A stretch of DNA of 64,000 nt from Dysgonamonadaceae bacterium (lineage in GTDB: Bacteria > Bacteroidota > Bacteroidia > Bacteroidales > Dysgonomonadaceae), in assembly GCA_047605645.1 (NCBI GenBank), contig JASGFJ010000027.1:3329-67328 (forward strand), written 5' to 3'. Position 1 is the stretch's first letter. Every line of letters begins with the position of its first letter. A program made the position numbers and the translations under genes. A model generated the notes under the pieces. The model was not told where the DNA came from and made no database searches. It was given only the letters and a program-made list of their open reading frames with translations. Below are positions 9,236 to 20,404 of this stretch, piece by piece.

Positions 9236-11668
9236 TTACTTCTGGATACGCATTTTATAGAAAGAGCGATACACAAAAACAAGTGCAATAATAAGAAAGA
9301 CAACACCAAAATAAGGAGCTATATCTCTGAAGTTTTCACTGATGGCTATTTCCATTGCCAATAAACCAAACAATGTCGTAAATTTGATAATCGGATTTAA
9401 TGCCACAGAGGAAGTATCTTTAAACGGATCGCCGACCGTATCACCCACAACCGTCGCATCATGAAGCGCTGTACCTTTTGCATTCATGTCCACCTCAACC
9501 ACTTTCTTTGCATTATCCCAGGAACCTCCTGCATTGGCCATAAAGACAGCTTGGAAAAGGCCGAACACAGCAATGGCAATCAGGTAACTCACAAACAAAG
9601 CGACAGCATGATTCCCTCCTACTCCCGACGGTGACGACAGGCAGGCAAAAGACAAGGCAAAGAGAAATACGGCGATGAATATATTGAACATCCCTTTCTG
9701 AGCATATTGCGTACAAATTTTCACCACTTCAGTAGATGATTTCTCGTCGGCCTTCTTCGGTGAGTTCGGGTCCAAATTGATATGCTTCTTAATAAATTCC
9801 ACTGCCCGAAAAGCTCCGGTCGTAACCGCCTGAGTAGAAGCCCCTGTAAACCAATACACAACAGATCCACCAAGAAGAAGTCCAAGGATCGTATACGGAT
9901 TCAACAGGTTAAGAATATCTTCCGGCCGCACACCAAGAGTCTTCTGAATCATCAGAATCAATGAAAAAATCATGGTCGTTGCTCCGACTACGGCTGTTCC
10001 AATCAGTACCGGTTTGGCCGTTGCCTTAAAAGTATTTCCGGCTCCATCGTTAGCTTCCAGGTAATATTTGGATTTTTCGAAATCAGGTTTAAATCCGAAA
10101 TCACGTTCTATTTCCTCCGAGATATTGGGTATTTCTTCTATTAAAGACAACTCGTATACCGACTGGGCGTTATCAGTAACCGGACCGTAGCTATCCACAG
10201 CAATCGTCACCGGCCCCATTCCCAACAAACCAAATGCAACAAGCCCAAACGCAAAAATAGAAGGATAAACCATAATGGACTCCAATCCCATTGTACTGAA
10301 AAGATAGGCCACAAACATCAATATAAAAAATACAAATCCTTTCCAGAAAGCACTGAAATTACCGGCTACAAATCCGGATAAAATCACCAGGGAAGCCCCA
10401 CCTTCTTTTCCGGCATTCACAATTTCCTTCACATGTGCTGATTTGGGCGAAGTGAAAAGTTTTGTAAATTCAGGAATCAACGCGCCACCCAGCGTTCCAC
10501 AACTAATAATAGAGGAGAGTATCCACCACATATCCGTATTCCCGTTTAAATCGCGAATCACGAAATAACTTCCTGCAAAAGTAGCTGCAATAGACAACAA
10601 AGAGGTGATCCAAACCAGAGTTGTCAAAGGTTTCTCAAAATCCAGATTTTCACTGTTCCCGTAGACAGCTTTACTAATAAATCCGTTTATATAGAATGCT
10701 GCAAGTGATGTAAGCACCAGCAATATGCGCATAACAAAAATCCATGTCAGAAGCTGTACCTGAAGCCCGGCAGTAAGTTCACCGTTTCCGACCACTCCAA
10801 CAGCCAGAAGAATAAAAGAGACCAACGCAACGCCAGTTACACCGTAGGTTTCAAAGCCATCGGCCGTAGGGCCAACGCTGTCACCGGCATTGTCTCCGGT
10901 ACAGTCAGCAATTACTCCGGGATTGCGGGGATCGTCTTCGCCAATCTTAAATACCACTTTCATTAAATCGGAACCGATGTCAGCTATTTTTGTAAAAATA
11001 CCACCGGCTATACGCAAAGCGGATGCTCCGAGAGACTCCCCGATGGCAAACCCGATGAAACAGGCTCCGGCCAAACGTCCGGGCATCAATAAAAGGATGA
11101 CCAGCATAAGAATTAACTCAACGCAAATCAGCACGACGCCAATACTCATACCTGCATCAAGCGGGATATTCAAGAGGTGAAGAGGCTTGCGGCGCAGAGA
11201 AGCGAAAGCCATGCGCGCATTAGCCAAAGTATTCATGCGTATCCCGAAAGCCGCAACAGCGTATGAACCTAAAATACCAATCACAGTCCAGGCAAGAATC
11301 AACAAAACACCACCTATACCAAAGAGCTGGTGTCCGTTGTGATCTTTAGCCAGAAACCCGAAGTAGCAGGCGACTGTCGCTCCGATAAAAATGAAAAGAA
11401 TCGCAAGGAATTTCCCTTGCTGTTTCAGGTACGCTGAGCAAGTTTTGTAAATTACTTCTGAAATTTCAAGCATCGCCCGATGGGCAGGCACCTTTCTAAT
11501 TTTCAGAAAATGATACACTCCGAATAAAATTCCAAGTAGAGTTACCAGAAATCCCCAATAGAGGATCGATGATTGTTTTATTCCGTCAGGAACAACTAAG
11601 TCCGCCTCACTACCTCGAACAATAAAAGGAGAGGCAAAAGATAAAATTAAAATCAGTAGCTTTTTCAT
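9236..11668 (-). CDS. hppA: Membrane-bound ion-translocating pyrophosphatase
   Basis: GGIFTKIADIGSDL, EDDPRNPGVIADCTGDNAGD, DSYGPVTDNA, GNTFKA, NAGGSWDNAKK, GDTVGDPFKDTS; many transmembrane helices. Confidence 0.95.
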   Translation of the reverse strand: MKKLLILILSFASPFIVRGSEADLVVPDGIKQSSILYWGFLVTLLGILFGVYHFLKIRKVPAHRAMLEISEVIYKTCSAYLKQQGKFLAILFIFIGATVACYFGFLAKDHNGHQLFGIGGVLLILAWTVIGILGSYAVAAFGIRMNTLANARMAFASLRRKPLHLLNIPLDAGMSIGVVLICVELILMLVILLLMPGRLAGACFIGFAIGESLGASALRIAGGIFTKIADIGSDLMKVVFKIGEDDPRNPGVIADCTGDNAGDSVGPTADGFETYGVTGVALVSFILLAVGVVGNGELTAGLQVQLLTWIFVMRILLVLTSLAAFYINGFISKAVYGNSENLDFEKPLTTLVWITSLLSIAATFAGSYFVIRDLNGNTDMWWILSSIISCGTLGGALIPEFTKLFTSPKSAHVKEIVNAGKEGGASLVILSGFVAGNFSAFWKGFVFFILMFVAYLFSTMGLESIMVYPSIFAFGLVAFGLLGMGPVTIAVDSYGPVTDNAQSVYELSLIEEIPNISEEIERDFGFKPDFEKSKYYLEANDGAGNTFKATAKPVLIGTAVVGATTMIFSLILMIQKTLGVRPEDILNLLNPYTILGLLLGGSVVYWFTGASTQAVTTGAFRAVEFIKKHINLDPNSPKKADEKSSTEVVKICTQYAQKGMFNIFIAVFLFALSFACLSSPSGVGGNHAVALFVSYLIAIAVFGLFQAVFMANAGGSWDNAKKVVEVDMNAKGTALHDATVVGDTVGDPFKDTSSVALNPIIKFTTLFGLLAMEIAISENFRDIAPYFGVVFLIIALVFVYRSFYKMRIQK

Positions 11669-13074
11669 AAAACAGAGAGATAAGGTTTATATCACATCTC
11701 TTTAAAAAGTAAAGAGATTCACAACGATTTCATCCAAAAAAAATGAATATATCATTCATTTACGCTAACTGAAAATTCAAGGCTAAGTTACAAAAAAGAA
11801 ATTATTCATTTTACAAAAAAGCTCAAAAAAAATTGGTTATTTTTACTAAACGAGAGAATGAACTATCAACAGTAACCAACTGATTCTGAAAACAAATAAA
11901 GAATGTCACTTTATTTTGGCAATAAGCATCCTTTTGATATAAAACAAGCATTCAAAACAGCTATTTTTTTCTTTACAAAAGGACAGTACTTCTCTCTCCA
12001 ATTATTCCATTCCGGGCTTCACCCGACAGAGATAATCCCGATTGAAGTAAGCTCTTTTTCTCAGATTTAGCCTCATCGCTCCAAATAGATGACCATTACA
12101 AGAAAAGGGAGCAACTTTGCAAACTGAAATTTTAGGGAACAATTCCTCCGGATTCAAAACTGAACTTCCGGGCAATCGTTTTACAGAACAAACAAAGCTA
12201 AACAACCGGATATACCCGTTTGCAATCATCCGTTCCGCTTCCGGAGCCTTGTTTGGGAGTAATTGCCGGCAACAATATTCATTTACTCCGGCAAATAGAA
12301 TGGAATTCTACACTGTTGCTCTTCATCAATGAAGTATGATAATATATACCACACATTGAAGACATTTGCCATACACAAGCAATTTACGGTGTTGCCCTGA
12401 ATAAATTTTTAGAATGGTGTGATTCGCATTACAAAGCAAGCACATCCCTAAAGAGCACAACAACGGACTAAAACTTAGAAAGCCAAAGCCTTCTGAAGAA
12501 GATAAAAAAGAAGCATTACAGAAGCCTATTTGCAATGATTTATACTAAAAAGTACGAGCCACATTCTATATATAAGGAATGTATTCCAGTAAGCAAACGT
12601 TCATAATTAGCTGCAAGCAGATACACGCGTATTATACGTGATAATAAAAAATAGGAGGAATTGTATACCTAAAACTTATTTTATGGGGCTACTTACCAAA
12701 ATATAGCTTTACCTAAAGACAGAAGGATTTTCCCATTCCTGAATTATCCATTTAAAGAGACACAAGCTTGGCTATCGCTCACATTCGAAAAGAAACCTGA
12801 AATCAACCGTCATAAATGCGACGAGACAGTCACACCTTAACAAATCCATTCCGACTGCACCAATCACATACCAATTGCCTTCGCTCAAACAGAACCTTAT
12901 TTTTGAAGTCAAACAAAAGAAACCGATAAACAGAATTCACACAAAGGGCAGAATTTGCAACGCCGGCAAAAGAGTCATAAAAAAATAAGTCCGGCATCAG
13001 AAACCATATTCCATCCGCCGGACTCAAGAATCAAATATAAATAGCCTGTAAACTTTCCCTCAGGCATTCATGTA

Positions 13075-14760
13075 TTATTTAGTTCTCCCCATCAAATTTC
13101 GGGTTACAAACAGAATTAAATGAATAGCTGCAAATATCAAAGAGAAATAAAGCAGGGCAAAGTCATTGGCTCCAAAATAGAAATGATGAAGTAAAGTCAC
13201 AATTACCAACACGACAGAAAGTATCAGACCAACAATTCCCACTAATCGGTTGGCCTGAGGAACAGTCTTAGGATCGGTACTGGTGAGTTTGCTGTGCCGA
13301 ACTCCATAGAACAGATAAATATCCAATCCAACAATCATCCAGACAATCAAACGAATCCAGGTATCAAACGGAAGAAAAACCATCATAAAGAAACAAACAA
13401 TAATTCCTAAGACAGGAACAAGAGGCACCAACGGAGTACTGAAAGCACGAGGTGCTTCGGGCATTTTCTTTCGCATCACCATCACCCCAATACATACCAG
13501 AATGAATGCAAACAAAGTACCGATACTAGCCATTTCTCCAACGACCCTACCGGGTATGAAAGCAGCAAACAGGCTAACAAGCAACATAAAAAACAGATTC
13601 GCCTTATAAGGAGTTTTGAATCGGGAATGCACATGAGAAAAACGACGGGGAAGAAGTCCATCCTTACTCATCGAATAGAATACACGGCTTTGTCCCAAAA
13701 GAAGAACTAGAATGACAGAGGCATACCCTAAAAGAACAGCAACAAGAATACAGGTATTCAGCCACGGATAAGCAGGAACAACGATTCCGCCGGCCCCCAT
13801 TTCACCCATATTTTTAACCGCTATTGCTATCGGTGCAAGATGATCACCGGCATCACCGCTGTTGAAAGCTTTATAATTCACAACTCCTGTCATTACAAAA
13901 GCAAAAATGACATATAAAATCGTACAAATCAATAAAGAGCCTAGAATACCTATCGGCATCGATTTTTTGGGATTTTTTGTTTCCTGTGCAGCAGTACTGA
14001 CAGCATCAAACCCAATGTAAGCAAAAAAGACGACAGCAGCGGCACGGATAACTCCAGTCCACCCAAAATGTCCGAACTCTCCTGTGTTTTGAGGAATGAA
14101 AGGAATATGGTTTTCGGGACGAATATATTTAAATCCGACTATAATGAAGATCAATACAATCGAAACTTTCAGAACCACAATAATGAGATTGAACAACGAA
14201 GATTCGCCTGTACCCTTTATCAGAATAAGTGAAGTGAGCACTACGATAAAAACTGCCGGAAGATTAATAATACCGTGTACGACTTGTCCCCCGACAAGTG
14301 CTGTATCAAAAGGAGTCATTATCAATTCGGGAGGTAGTGAAAGGTCGAAAGCATGAAACAAAGCATTCAGGTAGCCCGACCAACTGGAAGCAACCGTAGC
14401 AGACGCAACAGCATACTCCAACACCAAATCCCATCCGATTATCCAGGCTATGAATTCTCCCATTGTCGCATACGAATAAGTATAAGCACTTCCAGCTACC
14501 GGAATCATAGAAGCAAACTCAGCGTAGCACAGTCCGGCAAAACAACACCCTAAAGCTGCAATCACAAACGAAAATACAATGGCAGGCCCGGCATAATTGG
14601 CAGCAGCCATACCGGTAATTGAAAACAGTCCGGCACCAATAATGGCACCGATTCCCAACGAAATCAGCCCCATCGAGCCCAGAGATTTTTTCAAAGCATG
14701 TTCACCTGTACTTTGAGATTCACTTAACAGGTCTGCAAGCGGTTTTTTAGCAAATATCAT
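13075..14760 (-). CDS. APC-family amino acid permease (cationic amino acid transporter-like)
   Basis: LGIGAIIGAGLF, GLCYAEFASMIPVAGSAYTYSY, FFAYIGFDAVSTAAQE. The start is set to ATG 14760 because a promoter motif lies at 14784-14791. Confidence 0.92.
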   Translation of the reverse strand: MIFAKKPLADLLSESQSTGEHALKKSLGSMGLISLGIGAIIGAGLFSITGMAAANYAGPAIVFSFVIAALGCCFAGLCYAEFASMIPVAGSAYTYSYATMGEFIAWIIGWDLVLEYAVASATVASSWSGYLNALFHAFDLSLPPELIMTPFDTALVGGQVVHGIINLPAVFIVVLTSLILIKGTGESSLFNLIIVVLKVSIVLIFIIVGFKYIRPENHIPFIPQNTGEFGHFGWTGVIRAAAVVFFAYIGFDAVSTAAQETKNPKKSMPIGILGSLLICTILYVIFAFVMTGVVNYKAFNSGDAGDHLAPIAIAVKNMGEMGAGGIVVPAYPWLNTCILVAVLLGYASVILVLLLGQSRVFYSMSKDGLLPRRFSHVHSRFKTPYKANLFFMLLVSLFAAFIPGRVVGEMASIGTLFAFILVCIGVMVMRKKMPEAPRAFSTPLVPLVPVLGIIVCFFMMVFLPFDTWIRLIVWMIVGLDIYLFYGVRHSKLTSTDPKTVPQANRLVGIVGLILSVVLVIVTLLHHFYFGANDFALLYFSLIFAAIHLILFVTRNLMGRTK

Positions 14761-14783
14761 ATCTTTTTGGTTGGTTATTTCTG

Positions 14784-14791
14784 CAAAGATA
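14784..14791 (-). promoter_or_regulatory. Bacteroidetes -7 promoter element of the permease
   Basis: Minus strand TATCTTTG. Confidence 0.6.
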
Positions 14792-14985
14792 GTCGTATGT
14801 TTCACAAAAAGGGCACAAACCAATTAAAAAGATACTTTTCGCTCCAAAATACATCCATTTTGAATAAAACATCCGCACATAATTAATCTTTTTGACATCA
14901 ATATTCTTTTAGAAAGATAAATCTCTCAACCATAAAATTGAATTACCGGTATGGTAATAGAAGTTCGAAATCGAAAAAAAATAGC

Positions 14986-14993
14986 TATTTTTG
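14986..14993 (+). promoter_or_regulatory. Bacteroidetes -7 promoter element of ettA
   Basis: TATTTTTG, 39 nt upstream of the ATG. Confidence 0.5.
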
Positions 14994-15032
14994 TAAAAAA
15001 ACAAAGCATAATTATCACAACCAATTTCAGTT

Positions 15033-16718
15033 ATGGCAGACGATAAAAAAATTATTTTTTCGATGATTGGGGTCAGTAAAATCATCCCCCCTCAAAAACA
15101 AGTATTAAAGAACATCTATCTTTCCTTCTTCTATGGGGCGAAAATCGGAATCATCGGATTGAATGGTTCAGGAAAGTCCACATTGATGAAAATCATTGCC
15201 GGTATCGACAAAGAATATCAAGGAGAGATCGTATCAGATAAAAGTTTCTCTGTCGGTTATCTGGAACAGGATCCTCAACTCGATCCCACCAAGACCGTAA
15301 AAGAAATCGTACAGGAAGGAGTACAACCCATTATCGACCTACTCTCCGAATACGAAAGCATCAATGAAAAATTCGGCTTACCCGAATATTATGAAGATCC
15401 GGACAAGATGGACAAACTCTTTGCCCGTCAGGCAGAATTGCAGGACAAAATTGATGCAGTGGATGCATGGAATCTCGACAATAAATTAGAGAGAGCAATG
15501 GATGCATTGCGCTGTCCTGACGGCGACGAATCCGTCGCCCATCTTTCAGGAGGAGAACGCCGCCGCGTCGCTTTATGCCGTTTACTCCTTCAAGAACCGG
15601 ACGTGCTACTACTCGACGAGCCAACCAACCACCTGGATGCAGAATCCATCGACTGGCTGGAACAACACTTACAACAATACCAGGGAACAGTCATTTGTGT
15701 CACTCACGACCGTTACTTCCTGGATCACGTAGCAGGATGGATTCTCGAACTCGACCGCGGAGAAGGAATTCCCTGGAAAGGCAACTACACTTCCTGGTTG
15801 GAACAAAAAACCAAGCGAATGGAACAGGAAGAGAAACAAGCGAGCAAACGCCGGAAAACACTTGAAAGAGAGCTAGATTGGGTGAGAATGGCTCCTAAAG
15901 CACGCCAGGCAAAAGGAAAAGCACGTTTGAATTCTTACGAAAAATTACTGAACGAAGATCAGAGAGATCGGGAAGAAAAGCTGGAGATATTTATCCCTAA
16001 CGGTCCTCGCCTGGGCAATAAAGTGATTGAAGCACACGGTGTAGCTAAGGCATTCGGCGAGAAACTACTATTTGACGACCTAAACTTCATGCTGCCTCCT
16101 AACGGGATTGTAGGAATTATTGGACCGAATGGAGCCGGAAAAACAACTCTTTTCCGATTGATCCAAGGACTGGATACTCCCGACAAAGGAACATTTGAAG
16201 TGGGTGAAACGGTGAAAACAGCATACGTAGATCAGGCACACACAGCTATCGACCCAAACAAAACCGTATACCAGGTCGTTTCGGAAGGAGCAGAATTCAT
16301 CCGCGTGGGAGGCAAAGAAATCAATGCACGTGCCTATCTGTCAAAATTCAATTTTGCCGGAGCCGACCAGGAGAAACTTACCGGAGTACTTTCGGGAGGA
16401 GAACGCAATCGTCTCCATCTGGCTTTAACCTTAAAGGCAGAAGCCAATGTCTTGCTACTCGACGAGCCGACAAACGATATCGATGTAAATACGCTTCGGG
16501 CACTGGAGGAAGGATTGGAGAATTTTGCGGGTTGCGCGGTTGTCATTTCTCACGACAGATGGTTCCTCGACAGAATCTGTACACACATTCTGGCTTTCGA
16601 GGGAAACTCTGAGGTTTATTATTTCGAAGGTTCGTACAGCGAATACGAGGAAAACAAAAAAGCACGATTAGGAAATATTGAACCCAAAAGAGTGCGTTAT
16701 CGCAAATTAATGAATTAA
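15033..16718 (+). CDS. ettA: Energy-dependent translational throttle ABC-F protein
   Basis: Two ABC domains (GLNGSGKST, GPNGAGKTT), LKNIYLSFFYGAKIG N-terminus, LELDRGEGIPWKGNYTSWLEQK. Confidence 0.95.
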   Translation: MADDKKIIFSMIGVSKIIPPQKQVLKNIYLSFFYGAKIGIIGLNGSGKSTLMKIIAGIDKEYQGEIVSDKSFSVGYLEQDPQLDPTKTVKEIVQEGVQPIIDLLSEYESINEKFGLPEYYEDPDKMDKLFARQAELQDKIDAVDAWNLDNKLERAMDALRCPDGDESVAHLSGGERRRVALCRLLLQEPDVLLLDEPTNHLDAESIDWLEQHLQQYQGTVICVTHDRYFLDHVAGWILELDRGEGIPWKGNYTSWLEQKTKRMEQEEKQASKRRKTLERELDWVRMAPKARQAKGKARLNSYEKLLNEDQRDREEKLEIFIPNGPRLGNKVIEAHGVAKAFGEKLLFDDLNFMLPPNGIVGIIGPNGAGKTTLFRLIQGLDTPDKGTFEVGETVKTAYVDQAHTAIDPNKTVYQVVSEGAEFIRVGGKEINARAYLSKFNFAGADQEKLTGVLSGGERNRLHLALTLKAEANVLLLDEPTNDIDVNTLRALEEGLENFAGCAVVISHDRWFLDRICTHILAFEGNSEVYYFEGSYSEYEENKKARLGNIEPKRVRYRKLMN

Positions 16719-16742
16719 TTAAAGTTTTTTATTCTTATATTT

Positions 16743-16778
16743 AACGGGCAAATCCAATAGTAACAGGATTTGCCCGTT
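16743..16778 (+). terminator. Intrinsic terminator after ettA
   Basis: AACGGGCAAATCC-loop-GGATTTGCCCGTT followed by TCTT. Confidence 0.8.
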
Positions 16779-16850
16779 TCTTATTAATATAAAGGAGATA
16801 CAAACTACACAGGATGAGAATGGATTGTGTGTAGAGAAAACTGAAAGAAA

Positions 16851-19250
16851 GTGTACACGAATCACACCCCAACATACCTTGTTATTTTGCTGATTCTGAT
16901 CCTAAGTGGCCTATGCGTTTCACTGAGTTCTCAGAGTCAGAATACCTCTATAGCGCCGTATGAGCAGTTGGAAATCGGCGACACCTCCATTGTATCACTA
17001 AAACTACCACCGAAAGGAGCGGATGACAAGTTACTCCTTCCCAAATCGGTTAAATTCAGAAGTACAAAAGAAGCTCTAAGCATCGCGAGAAATGTGATTA
17101 AGCACAAAAAAAGTTATCTGTATACCTCTGAAGCCTATTGCAACTACGACGTTTACGATAAACTGATGCTTGCCTGCTATAATTTCGATCCTGAAAATAA
17201 ATACATGCGCAGATGGCCCTTTCTGAAAATATATTCCGACACCACATTAGTGGGTCGGAAATCGATACTGCCTTTTGCGATGTACGAGGCCTACACTTCC
17301 AATTTTCACAGAAAGGAGAATAATTTATTCAAACAAATAGTAAGAGGGAGACACATCTATGGCATTACCGACGAACTCCATGCGGAAGATTTGTGTGAAG
17401 ATTTAATCAGGACGTTAGAAAATGTAGATATCAGAAACAATGACTTTCGTATCTACTTCAACAAAATTATCTCTCCGCTAAACGACACTTACGGCACAAA
17501 CTTTTATAGATGGCAAATCATGGATACGGTACAAATAGAAGGAAAACCATACACCGTACTTGCCTTCCGCCCAAGTTCTTTGCTTGAGCTCGGGTTTACA
17601 GGAAATATTTATGTCTCGACAGATGGCAACTATTCAATAAAGAAGTCTGTTATGAAAATTTCCCGCGCCATGGATCTTAACTTCATCGAAGAATTTTTGA
17701 TATCCCGAGAATATCTGGAACTTCCGACAAAAATATGGATCCCGACAAAAACCAGTGTGATTTCCAAGGTTTCATTTTATGGAATTATCAAAAACTGGGT
17801 GGAATTCGGGCGTTCATACGACAATTTTCAATTTTCCCCGGCACCCGACTCCGTGTATAAAATGGACAAGAGAATTGCTTTCGACAAAGGCTATCTCCGT
17901 AAAGACAACTCCTTCTGGGAAAGCAAACGTGTTCTTCCGTTCACCGTTAAAAGCAATGAATATATCACCGATAGCATCGTGAAGCATGTCACAAGAATCC
18001 CAACAATCAAATATTCTACCGCTGCATTTAATTTTCTGACAACCAGCTATTTTCCATTATCCAAAGATCCGATGAAGAACAAGCTGAATATTGGCTCCTT
18101 CGACACCTTCTACAGTATGAATACCATAGAGGGCAGCCGATTGAGACTATCAACATTTACAACAGCAAACCTCCATCCACACCTCTTTTTGTCGGGATAT
18201 GGCGCTTATGGTTTTAAAGATGAAAAATTCAAATATTCGATGGAAACAATCTGGGCCTTCAACAAACCACTTTTGTATCCAAAGGAATTTCCTCAAAACA
18301 ACCTTTCTTTTACATACGAATACGATCTAAACGCACTGGGAGAGAACAATCTGTATGTCAAAAAGAACAACATTTTGTTATCACTGCTTCGAAACCGGAA
18401 CCTGCAACGCATGACCTACGCACGGCGATACCAACTGACCTATATCAAAGAATACCTAAATGGGTTATCTTTTCAATTGTTATTCAAATCACAAGAAGAA
18501 AGGCCAGCCGGAACCTTCATGTTTGAAAAATACAATGCCGAAGGAATGCGAACCCGGGTCAATCAGATGCAGACTTCCGAAATAACGACCATCATGCGGT
18601 TTGCCAGCAAAGAAAGATTTCTTCTCCGCAACTATGAAAGGAAAGAACTCCCCGGTGAACGGTTTGTTGTCAGCCTGACAAACACCATTGGATTGAAAGA
18701 TTTTCTGGATGGCGAATACGGATATTACAGAGCACAGCTACATATTATTAAAGATTTCTGGCTGGCAAGCTTCGGACAACTAAAGTCGTCTTTCAAACTC
18801 GAAAAAGTATGGGGAACACTCCCCTACCCGCTGCTCTTATCGCCCAATGCAAATAATTCCTACACTCTTCAAAACGAAACTTTTTACCTGATTCACCCGT
18901 TGGAGTTCATCAACGATCGCCAATTTTGCTGGGATATAGATTACAATATGCGAGGATGGCTTTTCAGACAAATCCCGCTAATAAAACGTCTTCGGTTGAG
19001 AGAAGTAATCGGAATTTCGGGCTTTTGCGGAAAATTATCCCCTAAAAACCTTCCGGAAAACAGTCATAACCTCTTAATCTACCTTCCCGACAGCAGACTT
19101 ATGGAGCCGGGAAAACCATATATAGAAGCAAACCTGGGGCTAGGAAACATCTTGCGAATTCTTCGCTTCGACTACATTCGCCGGCTGACTTACCTGCAGG
19201 GCAATGTCAAACGAAGCGGATTTCGGGTTTCTGCCCAATTGCGTTTCTGA
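16851..19250 (+). CDS. DUF5686-like outer-membrane beta-barrel protein
   Basis: Signal peptide, YCNYDVYDKL, NTIEGSRLRL, LSGYGAYGFKDEKFKY, NILRILRFDYIRRLTYL, terminal Phe; assigned by recall of the family. Confidence 0.7.
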   Translation: MYTNHTPTYLVILLILILSGLCVSLSSQSQNTSIAPYEQLEIGDTSIVSLKLPPKGADDKLLLPKSVKFRSTKEALSIARNVIKHKKSYLYTSEAYCNYDVYDKLMLACYNFDPENKYMRRWPFLKIYSDTTLVGRKSILPFAMYEAYTSNFHRKENNLFKQIVRGRHIYGITDELHAEDLCEDLIRTLENVDIRNNDFRIYFNKIISPLNDTYGTNFYRWQIMDTVQIEGKPYTVLAFRPSSLLELGFTGNIYVSTDGNYSIKKSVMKISRAMDLNFIEEFLISREYLELPTKIWIPTKTSVISKVSFYGIIKNWVEFGRSYDNFQFSPAPDSVYKMDKRIAFDKGYLRKDNSFWESKRVLPFTVKSNEYITDSIVKHVTRIPTIKYSTAAFNFLTTSYFPLSKDPMKNKLNIGSFDTFYSMNTIEGSRLRLSTFTTANLHPHLFLSGYGAYGFKDEKFKYSMETIWAFNKPLLYPKEFPQNNLSFTYEYDLNALGENNLYVKKNNILLSLLRNRNLQRMTYARRYQLTYIKEYLNGLSFQLLFKSQEERPAGTFMFEKYNAEGMRTRVNQMQTSEITTIMRFASKERFLLRNYERKELPGERFVVSLTNTIGLKDFLDGEYGYYRAQLHIIKDFWLASFGQLKSSFKLEKVWGTLPYPLLLSPNANNSYTLQNETFYLIHPLEFINDRQFCWDIDYNMRGWLFRQIPLIKRLRLREVIGISGFCGKLSPKNLPENSHNLLIYLPDSRLMEPGKPYIEANLGLGNILRILRFDYIRRLTYLQGNVKRSGFRVSAQLRF

Positions 19251-19315
19251 ATACTCACAATAAAGAATATACTGTTCCGTTTCAAATAGATAAACAATCT
19301 TCAACATTGTTGAAT

Positions 19316-20203
19316 ATGAAAAAAATATTTCTCATCGCCGCAATGTGTTTCTGCATTCATCTCCTTCAGGGACAAGAACTGAATGCCAAACTGACATTGA
19401 ACACATCCAAAATAGCAGGTTCGGAAAAATCGGTTTTCACAACCCTTCAAAATTCACTGGAGCAATTACTTAACGGGACAAAATGGACAGAGACCAATTT
19501 TGCATCGAATGAAAAGATAGAATGCAGCTTTACGCTGATTTTAAACTCGATATCGGACAATACGTTCTCCGGTGAGCTGCAAGTTACCTCCTCGCGTCCG
19601 GTATATAACGCGTCCTACACAACACCGATGTTCAATTTCCGCGATGTGAACATTACATTCAACTACACCGAAGGAGAAACCCTTCAATATTCGCCAAATG
19701 ACATTTCAAGCAACCTGATAGCTACAATGGCCTACTACGCCTACATTGTTATCGGACTGGACTTCGACTCCTTTGCCATGAACGGTGGTGCCCCTTATTT
19801 TCAGACAGCTATGCAGATTGTAAATGCGGCTCAGGCGCTGAATGTAAAAGGATGGGCAGCTTTCGACAACAACAAGAATCGTTATGCTCTGGCTCTGGCC
19901 CTAACCGAAGAGAGCATGAAGCCATTTCACGAGATGTGGTACCAGTATCATCGCCTGGGAATGGATGATCTGGCAGCAAATGTCAATCGGGGAAGGACAC
20001 AGATCAGCTCTTCTCTGGATGCGCTTTCAAAAATAAAAAACATCCGTACCGCCAATGTGGCGATTGCATTCTTTGGTGATACAAAATTGGAGGAAATAGG
20101 CCAGGTATTTGGCCAGGCATCTTCCGACCAGAAACAATCCTTGTACAAACTTCTAAATGAAATATATCCGACAAAGACTTCTGTTCTGAATAAACTGAAG
20201 TAA
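19316..20203 (+). CDS. DUF4835 family protein (annotated elsewhere as T9SS component PorD)
   Basis: Signal peptide followed by QELNAKLTLN, LNGTKWT, YYAYIVIGLDFDSFAMNGG, YQYHRLGMD. Confidence 0.75.
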   Translation: MKKIFLIAAMCFCIHLLQGQELNAKLTLNTSKIAGSEKSVFTTLQNSLEQLLNGTKWTETNFASNEKIECSFTLILNSISDNTFSGELQVTSSRPVYNASYTTPMFNFRDVNITFNYTEGETLQYSPNDISSNLIATMAYYAYIVIGLDFDSFAMNGGAPYFQTAMQIVNAAQALNVKGWAAFDNNKNRYALALALTEESMKPFHEMWYQYHRLGMDDLAANVNRGRTQISSSLDALSKIKNIRTANVAIAFFGDTKLEEIGQVFGQASSDQKQSLYKLLNEIYPTKTSVLNKLK

Positions 20204-20356
20204 TTTTTGCGGGAGTGTAATGGCATATTTCAAACTCATCAGAAAATACGGAACTTCGTGTTTCCTGAAGAGATAAACTACACCCGGAAAGAAGGTATTT
20301 ATCGAACTCCTGCTGTCAATAAAGTATTGCCTATATTGGAGAGGATGGAGTTCTGA
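20204..20356 (+). pseudogene. Remnant resembling the C-terminal tail of Bacteroidetes tRNA-integrating recombinases
   Basis: Start-less frame FLRECNGIFQTHQKIRNFVFPEEINYTRKEGIYRTPAVNKVLPILERMEF*, resembling the KQKLQxLVFPEGIxY...YRTPxVN tail; it lies next to the tRNA 3' end. Confidence 0.5.
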
Positions 20357-20377
20357 TTATAGAAAATCACATAACAA

Positions 20378-20404
20378 AAAAGGATTGCAAAATTGCAATC
20401 CTTT
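20378..20404 (-). terminator. Terminator hairpin downstream of tRNA-fMet
   Basis: AAAGGATTGCAA-AA-TTGCAATCCTTT palindrome with a T-run on the minus strand. Confidence 0.75.

Noticed and set aside
11669-13074. 1.4-kb gap with several 65-75 aa ORFs upstream of hppA
   Set aside because: No recognisable protein motif, RNA structure or element copy; left unannotated.
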